Source: an uncultured Saprospiraceae bacterium (lineage in GTDB: Bacteria; Bacteroidota; Bacteroidia; Chitinophagales; Saprospiraceae). Taken from it: a stretch of 64,000 nucleotides of DNA. The translations under genes and the position numbers were made by a program. Each line of letters opens with the position of its first letter. Position 1 is the first letter of the stretch. The DNA is taken from positions 2,375 to 66,374 of the forward strand of contig CALKJD010000043.1 of the NCBI GenBank assembly GCA_937995755.1. Reading direction: 5' to 3'. This document shows, in pieces, positions 36,720 to 45,790 of the stretch. Below the pieces are notes generated by a model. The model was not told the DNA's origin. It did not search any database and worked only from the letters and a program-made list of their open reading frames with translations.

Positions 36720-38678
36720 CTACTTTTTAAGTTGATTCACTACTTCATCGTTGAGCTTCACGTCATACTTAGCCTTAAGTCTCTTGACCCACTCCTTCTC
36801 GAGTTGGTCTTGGTAGTCTGCAATTACATAACCTCTCGCTTCTTCAAGAGTCTTGATCATTGGCTTATAGATCTTAAGTATTTTATTGAATGTCGCTTCA
36901 CTTTTCTTATCATTATAAATCAGTTCAGATCTTGCCCCTTCTTTCCATTCTATCTCTCCCAATGATTTACTCGCTCTTTCTACCTTGTTGATTTCAGAGG
37001 ATAGAATCTCTTCTTTCTTATTGAATTTTTCTAAGAGTTTTTCATTGTTTTTCTTCTTGGCACACTTGTATACATCTTTTACTTTTTTCTCCTCTGCTGT
37101 TTTTACGGTGTATGTAGCTAGATCGGCTCTTGGTAACCACATGTAGTCAGACTTATTAGCTTCATAATAGGTATATAGCCCAAGTGTATCTTGAGATGCT
37201 TTGTCCCATACTTCTTGTTTAGATGCTTCGAATAATAAGATTCCCTCCTCGTATTCTCTCATGAGGGATTTATATTCTGGATGTCTTTTTTCTAGGTTAG
37301 ATTGTTCGTATTTGAGTGTAGTTTCTTTGACATACCCATCCAGCATTTTCTTCACAGATTCATCTATCGGATCATTTTTGTCATACCTCAATCTCATACG
37401 TGTATTAGATTTTAGGTAGGTTACAAATTGACTCAGCATATAATCTTTTTTGCCACCATATGTAAATAGTAAGTCATCCTTGATATTAGTAGCTTGCCAT
37501 TTGTAAGTGTAGATTTCAGGAGTTTGGGCTTTTACGAAATCATCAAATGTCTTTTGGTTAAGTTTATATCCTGCTGTTTGTTTGATTTCTTCTACTACAC
37601 GTTCTTTTTGAGTTTCGTACCTACTGTCTTTTTTAAGAGATGCTAGCGTCTTAGCTTCAAATTGTGGATAATCCTCTAGATCTATTTTTTCTAATCTTTT
37701 GATGATGTGAAATCCAATCTTCGTTTTGATAGGGCGGCTGATATCACCATCTTTAGCTAATGAGAACGCAGTCTCTTCAAAAGTACCTTCATATACTTTG
37801 ATACCAAATGGTGCTAATTCGCCACCTTTTTTAGCTGACTTGTCATCGTCTGAGTTTTTCGAAGCCATTTCTGCAAAGTCTGCACCTGCTGATAGTTCTG
37901 AAAATATTCTATCGATTTCTTTTTTTGCAATATTAGGATTGTCTTTGTTTGTTCTTTTTAGAATGTGAGCCACTTTCATCTTTCCTCTAGCCGGCCTTCT
38001 ATCTGTTACTTTTATGATATGCCATCCTAGTGGCGTACGTAAGAGTTCTGATACCTCACCTTTTTTGAGCGTGTACATTGCATTTTCGAAATCATAGAAT
38101 CCAGAAGGCAGCTTTGCCGTTAGCCATCCAAAATCTCCACCCATCTTACCAGAGGTCTTATCTTCAGAGTATTTTTTGGCTAAAGTTTCAAAATCTTCAC
38201 CTCGATTGATTCTATTGAGAATGTCCAGAGCCGATTTACGTTTACTCTCTATTTCTCCATCGTTGGCTCTCTTAGAGATCGATATTAGTATATGGCTTAG
38301 TCTTATGTCTTCTTTTTTACGCTCGTATAGCTCTTTGGTTAGCGCTTTTACCACCTCTTTATCCATGATATAGCTATCTGCTAATTGCTTACGGTATCCA
38401 TCCAGCTCCTTATTCAGTACAGATACAGTATCTAATCCCATTGATCTCGCTTCCGCTACCTTAAGTTTAAACTTAGTATATAGATCAAGGTATTCATTGA
38501 CGCTTTGGCTAGTATAGTCTGCACCATCGCCATTATTCTTTTCATATATGTATCTAAATTCTCCTACAGTTACATCTTGGCCTCCAACAGTCATAAGTAC
38601 TGTATCATCTGACTGAGCGGATATAGTAGTTGCAATGATTAGTATTACGAGAGTCTTTATTGTTTTAATAAAATCCAT
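36720..38678 (-). CDS. Peptidyl-prolyl isomerase with two parvulin domains (PpiD/SurA-like)
   Basis: 652 aa with a signal peptide ending ISA/Q. Two parvulin cores are present (GGDFGWL...LGWHIIKV and GGELAPFG...IGFHIIK). Confidence 0.8.
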   Translation of the reverse strand: MDFIKTIKTLVILIIATTISAQSDDTVLMTVGGQDVTVGEFRYIYEKNNGDGADYTSQSVNEYLDLYTKFKLKVAEARSMGLDTVSVLNKELDGYRKQLADSYIMDKEVVKALTKELYERKKEDIRLSHILISISKRANDGEIESKRKSALDILNRINRGEDFETLAKKYSEDKTSGKMGGDFGWLTAKLPSGFYDFENAMYTLKKGEVSELLRTPLGWHIIKVTDRRPARGKMKVAHILKRTNKDNPNIAKKEIDRIFSELSAGADFAEMASKNSDDDKSAKKGGELAPFGIKVYEGTFEETAFSLAKDGDISRPIKTKIGFHIIKRLEKIDLEDYPQFEAKTLASLKKDSRYETQKERVVEEIKQTAGYKLNQKTFDDFVKAQTPEIYTYKWQATNIKDDLLFTYGGKKDYMLSQFVTYLKSNTRMRLRYDKNDPIDESVKKMLDGYVKETTLKYEQSNLEKRHPEYKSLMREYEEGILLFEASKQEVWDKASQDTLGLYTYYEANKSDYMWLPRADLATYTVKTAEEKKVKDVYKCAKKKNNEKLLEKFNKKEEILSSEINKVERASKSLGEIEWKEGARSELIYNDKKSEATFNKILKIYKPMIKTLEEARGYVIADYQDQLEKEWVKRLKAKYDVKLNDEVVNQLKK

Positions 38679-38939
38679 GGGTACAAATAGTTATTTGAAA
38701 TCATTTGAAAATACGCGCAAAGATAGTTAAATCGTTTATGATAGATAATCTAGCTACAAGATAGTAGAGCACCAGACCATAAACGATCACGACAAAAGCT
38801 GATATTGTTTAAGGAAGTATATAATTATGGAGACGTACGTAAGCCAATAATTATGCGGTACTGCAGGTGTATATGAATAATCTTATAGCTATACCGTATT
38901 TATGATCATATATTCATTTGGATAATATGTATGCGTTCC

Positions 38940-38970
38940 TTGTTATCCTCAGTTAAAAGTTTTATATTTG
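38940..38970 (+). promoter_or_regulatory. Candidate Bacteroidota-type promoter of rimP-nusA-infB
   Basis: TTG at 38940-38942, then a 20-nt spacer, then TATATTTG at 38963-38970. The latter matches the -7 consensus TAnnTTTG. Confidence 0.45.
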
Positions 38971-38993
38971 CGGCACATTAAGACATTGCGAGA

Positions 38994-39024
38994 AGAGGGA
39001 ACGTTGAGTTCCCTCTTTTTATTT
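38994..39024 (+). promoter_or_regulatory. Terminator-like leader hairpin (candidate attenuator) upstream of rimP
   Basis: agagggaac (38994-39002) pairs with gttccctct (39008-39016) around a 5-nt loop. TTTTATTT follows, and the element ends 19 nt before the rimP GTG. No plus-strand gene lies upstream for it to terminate. Confidence 0.5.
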
Positions 39025-39042
39025 ATATAGATAACATCTACT

Positions 39043-39522
39043 GTGGAAGTAAAAGACATCAGAAAATTGGCGAGAAAGGGTATAGAGGCCCTAGAGTACA
39101 ATGATTGCTTTGTCACAGAAGTACAAGTAACTGGAAACAAAGTAGAGATCTTTCTCGATAGCGATGACGGTATTAGTTTCCTTAAGTGCAGAAAGGTAAG
39201 CAGAGAAGTAGAGGCCGTAATAGATGAGAAAGAATGGTGGGGAGGTAGATACACCTTAGAAGTGTCATCTGCAGGAATAGGAAGGCCATTAGTAAGCCAA
39301 AGACAATACCCTAAGAACATAGGTCGTCAGATGGTAGTAAAAACTACTGAAGGCGAGAAAGTGAAAGGAGAGTTGACAGCGGTGGATGATGAAGGGATAA
39401 CACTCACATATGAAGTGATAGAGCTCGAAGGACAGAACAAAAAGAAGAAAAAGAAAGTACAAAAAGACCACCCAATAGTATGGGAGGCGATAGAAGAAGC
39501 AAAAATAAAAGCAAGTTTTTAA
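39043..39522 (+). CDS. rimP: Ribosome maturation factor RimP
   Basis: 159 aa with a GTG start. The pattern LEVSSAGIGRPL and the position directly upstream of nusA-infB support the call. Confidence 0.85.
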   Translation: MEVKDIRKLARKGIEALEYNDCFVTEVQVTGNKVEIFLDSDDGISFLKCRKVSREVEAVIDEKEWWGGRYTLEVSSAGIGRPLVSQRQYPKNIGRQMVVKTTEGEKVKGELTAVDDEGITLTYEVIELEGQNKKKKKKVQKDHPIVWEAIEEAKIKASF

Positions 39523-39565
39523 CTTGGAAGTAATTACTTCTAGGATAATAAATAATTATATATAA

Positions 39566-40804
39566 ATGAATTTAGTAGACTCGTTTTCGGAATTTAAAGC
39601 AGGTAAAAACATCGATAGACCTACCATGGTCCGCGTTTTGGAAGATGTTTTCCGTACTTTGATCCGTAAGAAATATGGTTCTGATGATAACTTTGATGTA
39701 ATCGTCAATACTCAGAATGGTGACCTCGAGATGTGGAGGGTGCGTCTAATCGTACCAGATGGTGAGGTAACTGAGCAAGATAAGCAGATATCATTCTCTG
39801 AAGCGCAAGCTATTGATGATGATTACGAAATCGGTGAAGAGTGTTATGAGCAGTTAACTCTTATAGAGTTTGGTCGTAGAGCGATCATGGCAGCACGTCA
39901 GACGCTTATCTCTCGTATCATGGATCTAGAGAAAGATGAAATCTATAAAAAATATATGGATCGCGTTGGTGAGATCGTACTTGGAGAAGTAAGTCAGATC
40001 ATGAAGCGTGAAGTTCTTATATTAGACGATGTAACGGGTAACGAACTAGTTATTCCTCGTAACGAAATGATCCGTGGTGACTACTTCCGTAAAGGAGATA
40101 TGGTACGTGGAGTGATTCGTAGAGTAGAAATGAAGAACAATAACCCTGTTATTGTAGTATCACGTACAGATAGTACTTTCTTAGAGAAGCTATTAGAGCA
40201 AGAAGTGCCAGAGATAGAAGATGGACTGATCACAGTGAAGAAGATAGTACGTATACCTGGCGAAAGAGCCAAGGTAGCTGTAGAATCTTATGATGATCGT
40301 ATCGATCCAGTAGGAGCTTGTGTAGGTATGAAGGGATCAAGAATCCACGGAATTGTACGCGAGTTGAAAAATGAAAACATTGATATCGTAAACTATACTA
40401 CGAATATCAATCTATACATTCAGAGATCGCTGACTCCAGCTAAAGTATCTAGTATATCACTAGACGACGAAAAGATGAGAGCTTCAGTCTTCTTAGCAGC
40501 AGACCAAGTATCGCTTGCGATCGGAAAGGGTGGTAGTAATATCAAACTAGCAGGAAAGCTTACAGGATATGAAATCGATGTATATAGAGAAGATGCAGAA
40601 CTAGAAGTAGAAGATGTAGCTTTAACAGAATTTAACGATGAGATCGAAGATTGGGTAATAGACACACTCAAAGGTATCGGTTGTGATAGTGCGAGAAGCG
40701 TACTGAACTTAAGCAAAGATGAGCTAATCAGAAGAACGGATCTAGAGGAAGAAACTGTAGAAGAAGTACTGAAGATATTAGCATCAGAATTTGATCAAGA
40801 TTAG
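39566..40804 (+). CDS. nusA: Transcription termination/antitermination factor NusA
   Basis: 412 aa with S1 and two KH domains (DPVGACVGMKGSRI, AIGKGGSNIKLA). It sits in the conserved operon context. Confidence 0.97.
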   Translation: MNLVDSFSEFKAGKNIDRPTMVRVLEDVFRTLIRKKYGSDDNFDVIVNTQNGDLEMWRVRLIVPDGEVTEQDKQISFSEAQAIDDDYEIGEECYEQLTLIEFGRRAIMAARQTLISRIMDLEKDEIYKKYMDRVGEIVLGEVSQIMKREVLILDDVTGNELVIPRNEMIRGDYFRKGDMVRGVIRRVEMKNNNPVIVVSRTDSTFLEKLLEQEVPEIEDGLITVKKIVRIPGERAKVAVESYDDRIDPVGACVGMKGSRIHGIVRELKNENIDIVNYTTNINLYIQRSLTPAKVSSISLDDEKMRASVFLAADQVSLAIGKGGSNIKLAGKLTGYEIDVYREDAELEVEDVALTEFNDEIEDWVIDTLKGIGCDSARSVLNLSKDELIRRTDLEEETVEEVLKILASEFDQD

Positions 40805-40879
40805 GAGTTATGAGTTCCTAGATTTTGAAAGCCTCATACTGAGGTATAATAAAAACATTAAAAGAAACTAACAGCCCAT

Positions 40880-43681
40880 ATGGCAGTGAGATTAGTAAAA
40901 ATTGCGAAGGAATTAAATGTTGGTACAGCTACCATCGTTGACTTTTTAGTAGGAAGCGGATTCGAAATAGAGAATAAGCCAACCTCTAAGATATCAGATG
41001 ATATGCACGATGCCCTCTTGAAGGAGTTTAGTAACTCCATGGCAGTAAAAGAGAAGGCCGATCAACTAATAATTGGCAACCGAAAGGAAGAGCCGAAACA
41101 AGAAGTGGTACCCCCAACTCCGCCCCTTCCACCGCCCCCACCACCACCTGCTCCAGAGCCGATTAAGCCTGTAGTAGAGGTAGTCAAAGAGCCAGAGGTC
41201 AAAGAGCCAGAGGTAGTAGAAAAGCCTAAGGTAGAGGAAGTAATTCCTGAGCCGCCTGTTACTCCAACACCAGAGGTGAAAAAGCCGAAGGATGAAGTGA
41301 TAGAAGCTAGAGCTAGTGCACCAGGGCTAAAAGTCATGGGCAAAATAGATCTCACGCCTAAGCCTAAGAAAAAGAAGAAGGAAGAGCCTAAACCAGCGCC
41401 AGTAGTCAAAAAGGAGGTGAAGAAGGAACCTAAGAAAGAAGCACCTGCTGCAGAGCAAGTGGCTGATAAACCTAAGGAAACTCCTAAACCAGCTGCGACG
41501 AAAAAGCCGAGTGAAGAAATTGTGCGAGCTGCCACTCCACAGTTGAAAGGTCTAAAGATTATGGGTAAAATCGATACTAAGAAGTTCGAGAAACCTAAGA
41601 AAGAAACTCCTGCAGAGAAGAAAGAGAAGAGAAAACGTACTCGTACTAAAGTCAGAGCGACTAATGTACAAGGTGGCGGTAATAGAGGAGGCCAAGGAAG
41701 AAACGCCAACAAGAGTACTAGTAGTAGAGGTAAGTCTAAGAGAGATGAAGTAAAAGAAGTATCTCAAAAAGAGATCGATGATAAGATCAAAGCAACAATG
41801 GCGCGTCTCTCTGGTGGAGGTAAAAAGAAACGTCAGAAGATAAGAAGAGATAACAGAGAAGACAAGAGAGAGAAACAAGAACAAGAAGAACTAAGCAACG
41901 TAGAAACGACGCTGAAATTAACTGAGTTTATTTCAGTTTCTGAGTTGGCTTCTATTATGGAAGTAGGTGTAGGTGATGTGATCACTACATGTATGAATCT
42001 TGGAGTAATTGTATCTATAAACCAAAGACTCGATGCAGAGATTATTGAATTAGTTGCAGAAGAGTTTGGTCATGAAGTAGAGTTTATCAACGCAGATGAT
42101 CAAGATGATCTAATCGAAGAAATCGTTGATGATCCTGCAGATTTAATTGATAGAGCACCTATCGTAACCGTAATGGGTCACGTAGATCATGGTAAGACAT
42201 CTCTATTAGATTATATCCGTAGTGCTAGTGTAGCTGATGGTGAAGCCGGTGGTATTACACAGCATATTGGAGCATACGAAGTAGCGATTGGACCTGAGAA
42301 AAAGAAGATTACATTCTTAGATACGCCTGGTCACGAGGCCTTTACAGCCATGAGAGCCAGAGGGGCAAAAGTGACTGATATTGCTATTATCATCATTTCA
42401 GCTGATGATCGTATCATGCCACAGACTAAGGAAGCAATCTCTCACGCGCAAGCAGCAGGAGTACCAATGGTATTTGCTATCAATAAGATAGATAAAGATG
42501 GTGCAGATCCAGAACGTATCAAGCAGGAACTAGCCTCTATGAATTTATTAGTAGAAGCATGGGGTGGAGAGTATCAATCTCAAGACATATCTGCTAAGAA
42601 AGGTCTACATATCGATGAATTATTAGAAAAACTTCTACTCCAAGCAGAAATGCTAGAGTTAAAAGCTAACCCTGATAGACTAGCTATAGGTACAGTAGTG
42701 GAAGCATCTCTAGATAAAGGACGTGGATATGTAACTAAGTTACTTGTTCAGACAGGTACACTTAGAGTAGGAGATCCTATGGTAGCTGGAGGTCACTCTG
42801 GTAAGGTGAAAGCCATGTTTAACGAGAAAGGTAAGCGTGTCAAAGAAGCAGGACCATCAACACCAGTACTTGTACTTGGTCTAAGTGGAGCACCTCAAGC
42901 CGGTGAGAAGTTTAAAGTAATGGAATCTGAGCAAGAAGCTAGACAAATAGCAACTAAGAGAGCTCAAATCGAAAGAGAACAAACGAACAGAGCAAGTAAG
43001 CGTATCTCATTAGACGAGATTGGAAGACGTTTAGCACTCGGTACATTCAAAGAGCTTAATATTATCATTAAGGGAGATGTGGATGGATCTGTAGAAGCAT
43101 TAGCAGATTCACTCATTAAACAATCTCATGAAACTGTACAAGTTAACGTTATACATAAGGCTGTAGGTCAGATTGTAGAATCAGATATTCTTTTAGCATC
43201 TGCATCAGATGCAATCGTAATCGGATTCCAAGTAAGACCATCATCAGGAGCGCGTACTTTAGCAGAGAGAGAAGGGGTTCAAATTAAAACATACTCTATT
43301 ATATACGAAGCGATCGATGAGATCAAAGCGGCTATTGAAGGTATGCTAGAGCCTACGAAGGAAGAACGTATGACTGCAATGGTAGAAGTACGTGAGACTT
43401 ATAAAATCTCTAAAGTGGGTACAATTGCAGGATGTTATGTTACTGAGGGTACGATCAACCGTAACTCACACATACGTATTATTAGAGATGGTATCGTTGT
43501 ATACCCATCAAAAGAAGGTGTCGTAGGAGAGCTAGCTTCTCTGAAGAGATTTAAAGATGATATGAAAGAAGTGAAGTTTGGCTTTGAATGTGGTCTTAAT
43601 ATCAAAAATTTCAATGATATTAGAATCGGTGATATGATCGAAGCATACGAAATCGTAGAGATTAAACAGACATTAGATTAG
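40880..43681 (+). CDS. infB: Translation initiation factor IF-2
   Basis: 933 aa with a Pro/Lys-rich N-terminal region. The GTPase motifs are present: [18 protein letters not shown]. Confidence 0.97.
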   Translation: MAVRLVKIAKELNVGTATIVDFLVGSGFEIENKPTSKISDDMHDALLKEFSNSMAVKEKADQLIIGNRKEEPKQEVVPPTPPLPPPPPPPAPEPIKPVVEVVKEPEVKEPEVVEKPKVEEVIPEPPVTPTPEVKKPKDEVIEARASAPGLKVMGKIDLTPKPKKKKKEEPKPAPVVKKEVKKEPKKEAPAAEQVADKPKETPKPAATKKPSEEIVRAATPQLKGLKIMGKIDTKKFEKPKKETPAEKKEKRKRTRTKVRATNVQGGGNRGGQGRNANKSTSSRGKSKRDEVKEVSQKEIDDKIKATMARLSGGGKKKRQKIRRDNREDKREKQEQEELSNVETTLKLTEFISVSELASIMEVGVGDVITTCMNLGVIVSINQRLDAEIIELVAEEFGHEVEFINADDQDDLIEEIVDDPADLIDRAPIVTVMGHVDHGKTSLLDYIRSASVADGEAGGITQHIGAYEVAIGPEKKKITFLDTPGHEAFTAMRARGAKVTDIAIIIISADDRIMPQTKEAISHAQAAGVPMVFAINKIDKDGADPERIKQELASMNLLVEAWGGEYQSQDISAKKGLHIDELLEKLLLQAEMLELKANPDRLAIGTVVEASLDKGRGYVTKLLVQTGTLRVGDPMVAGGHSGKVKAMFNEKGKRVKEAGPSTPVLVLGLSGAPQAGEKFKVMESEQEARQIATKRAQIEREQTNRASKRISLDEIGRRLALGTFKELNIIIKGDVDGSVEALADSLIKQSHETVQVNVIHKAVGQIVESDILLASASDAIVIGFQVRPSSGARTLAEREGVQIKTYSIIYEAIDEIKAAIEGMLEPTKEERMTAMVEVRETYKISKVGTIAGCYVTEGTINRNSHIRIIRDGIVVYPSKEGVVGELASLKRFKDDMKEVKFGFECGLNIKNFNDIRIGDMIEAYEIVEIKQTLD

Positions 43682-43712
43682 TCTAACTAGTTTAGTATGA
43701 CTTAAATATATA

Positions 43713-43747
43713 AGAGCGATGACGTGTACGTTGTCGCTCTTTTTATT
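43713..43747 (+). terminator. Intrinsic terminator after infB
   Basis: The 12-bp stem agagcgatgacg / cgttgtcgctct has two G-U pairs and a 4-nt loop. TTTTATTT follows. Confidence 0.75.
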
Positions 43748-43991
43748 TGGTACATTCTAGCAATTACTATATGTAATAGGTAGGCAGCAATATATTATCT
43801 ATTGATTATCAGACACTTGTGGTTGTGTTGAAAATTGGCTATTGAATGGCTTTTATATCAGATTATCAAGAGAATTAGACAATTTAAGATATTTCGTTAT
43901 TTTTTACGTTTAATCTATTTGCTGGATTCTTAAACAGAACTGACGATAAAGCGTTAGTTTTATAATATAAGTAGAAAACTAAGATTAGTAA

Positions 43992-44891
43992 ATGATTGTA
44001 TACTCCATTAGAGATCTAGAGAAACTCTCTGGCATAAAGGCTCACACTCTGAGAATATGGGAGAAGAGGTACGGTATACTTATGCCCAAAAGGACCGATA
44101 CTAATATCAGATACTACGAAGATAGTGATCTACAAAAAGTACTTAACATAGCGCTGCTGCGCAAGAAAGGATATAAAATATCTAAAATTGCAGAACTCAG
44201 CGAACCAGATATAGTAAGACTTACTGCCGAATTGTCAGAAGTAGACGTAGCATTTGAAGACCATATCGATGCTTTGTCGATGGCTATGTTTGAGCTTAAC
44301 GAATTCAAATTCAATAAAATACTCGACCATTATATTGACCAAAATGGTTTTACTCATACTATGGAGGAAGTAATCTATCCATTTTTGGAAAAACTGAGTA
44401 TGATGTCGATGGCGGGTTCCATAAAATCTACTCATGAGAGCTTTATCACTTACTTCGTACGCCGAAAGTGTATCGCAGTAATAGATAACATAAAGCATAG
44501 CCACTATGATCAAGGGCCTAGTTTTGTCTTATATTTAGCTGAGAAAGAAACACATGAACTTAGTTTGCTTTATGTTCATTATTTGCTCAAAAAGCAAGGT
44601 GTGGAAGTCATCAATTTGGGATTAAGTGTGCCATTGATAGATGTAGTAGACACCTGTAATATCAAGAAGCCAGACTATATATTTACTATGATCAATGATA
44701 GTTATAGTCATGGTACTTTACAGGGTTACTTGGATGATCTACTTAAATACTCTAATGATAGTAAGGTAGTTATATCCGGGTATCAGACAGTAGCTAATAA
44801 GATAGAACCTCATGATCGACTATTACTACTTAATAGTATCGAAGAGATCAAGCAGCTCATAGATAGTATCACTAAAGAATTCAACAACTAG
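43992..44891 (+). CDS. MerR-family transcriptional regulator with a C-terminal B12-binding-like domain (CarH/LitR architecture)
   Basis: 299 aa. The N-terminal MerR HTH reads YSIRDLEKLSGIKAHTLRIWEKRYG. The C-terminal Rossmann-like part has LAEKETHELSLLYVHYLLKKQGVEVINLG, which resembles the E.H..G...L...G..V..LG cobalamin-binding segment. Confidence 0.6.
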   Translation: MIVYSIRDLEKLSGIKAHTLRIWEKRYGILMPKRTDTNIRYYEDSDLQKVLNIALLRKKGYKISKIAELSEPDIVRLTAELSEVDVAFEDHIDALSMAMFELNEFKFNKILDHYIDQNGFTHTMEEVIYPFLEKLSMMSMAGSIKSTHESFITYFVRRKCIAVIDNIKHSHYDQGPSFVLYLAEKETHELSLLYVHYLLKKQGVEVINLGLSVPLIDVVDTCNIKKPDYIFTMINDSYSHGTLQGYLDDLLKYSNDSKVVISGYQTVANKIEPHDRLLLLNSIEEIKQLIDSITKEFNN

Positions 44892-45005
44892 AAAATTCAG
44901 ATTCATTAATTGTTGCATGAAGAGTTATGCATTAAACTTTATTGTAGCGATATTTGTATTATAAATTATAAATTCTTTTCAATCAATATTTTTACAAAAT
45001 CAACT

Positions 45006-45689
45006 ATGAATAAATTAATCAATACGCTAATGATGTTTGCAATGGTCCTTATGGTAGGATCTATGACGTCTTGTAAGGACTCTGAAGGAGCAAAGGCAGA
45101 AGTATCAAGCAAAGGTGAAGTAGCAGCAGCTACAGGAGTAACAATGGGAGTAGATGTTACTAACAGTAAAGTATTGTGGGAAGGTACTAAGCCAACAGGT
45201 GCTCATAATGGTACAGTAGACGTTGTGGCTGGATCTGTTTCTGTAAAAGACGGTAAAGTAACGGGTGGTAACTTTACTTTAGATATGAACTCTATCACAT
45301 GCCTAGATTTAGAAGGTGGTGAAAAAGCAGGCTTAGAAGGTCACTTAAAAGGAACAGGTGAAGCGGAAAAAGAAGATCACTTTTTCAACGTAAAGAAATA
45401 TCCAACGGCTAAATTTGAAATTACAAAAGTAACTGGTCTAGCTGGAAATGCAGATGCAAACTCGTTAGTATACGGTAATCTTACTATGAAAGATCAAACA
45501 AAGCAAGTAAGTTTTAAAGCTAATATTGCTATTGATGGTAATATGGTAAATGTTTCAGCGCCTAAGTTTACTATAGACAGGACTCAGTGGAATGTTACAT
45601 ATGGAAGTAAGTCAATCTTTGACAACTTAAAAGATAAGTTTATAAACGACGAAATAGGATTACAAATAGAGCTATCTGCTAAAGGATAG
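45006..45689 (+). CDS. YceI-family (polyisoprenoid-binding-like) lipoprotein
   Basis: I chose the start at MNKLINTLMMFAMVLMVGSMTSC (signal plus lipobox). The track ORF begins at 44910 but has no signal-like sequence upstream of this Met. The YceI pattern is present: LWEGTKP.G.H.G, L.GHLK, FFNVKKYPTAKF. Confidence 0.8.
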   Translation: MNKLINTLMMFAMVLMVGSMTSCKDSEGAKAEVSSKGEVAAATGVTMGVDVTNSKVLWEGTKPTGAHNGTVDVVAGSVSVKDGKVTGGNFTLDMNSITCLDLEGGEKAGLEGHLKGTGEAEKEDHFFNVKKYPTAKFEITKVTGLAGNADANSLVYGNLTMKDQTKQVSFKANIAIDGNMVNVSAPKFTIDRTQWNVTYGSKSIFDNLKDKFINDEIGLQIELSAKG

Positions 45690-45709
45690 AACGTTATTAA
45701 TAGATAAAT

Positions 45710-45748
45710 AAGAGCTGACTCATTCGTTTGAGTCAGCTCTTTTTGTTT
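45710..45748 (+). terminator. Intrinsic terminator after the YceI gene
   Basis: Perfect 13-bp stem aagagctgactca / tgagtcagctctt with a 6-nt loop. TTTTGTTTT follows. Confidence 0.85.
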
Positions 45749-45790
45749 TATAAAGTTTAATTTCGCTCTTTCAATATCAAATCAAATCAT

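Noticed and set aside
38949-39320. 123-aa minus-strand ORF spanning the rimP leader and the 5' part of rimP.
   Set aside because: It overlaps a well-supported rimP gene and the promoter/leader region. Its sequence has no motifs and a biased composition.
41062-41884. Long minus-strand ORFs (216 aa and 110 aa) inside infB.
   Set aside because: They lie antisense to the Pro/Lys/Glu-rich low-complexity N-terminal region of IF-2. The translations are low-complexity Gly/Ser/Phe/Leu strings, which is a frame artefact.
44910-45005. N-terminal extension of the YceI ORF (track start at 44910).
   Set aside because: The extension (MLHEELCIKLYCSDICIINYKFFSINIFTKST) precedes a textbook signal peptide plus lipobox that begins at the Met at 45006. 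The extension would bury that signal peptide.
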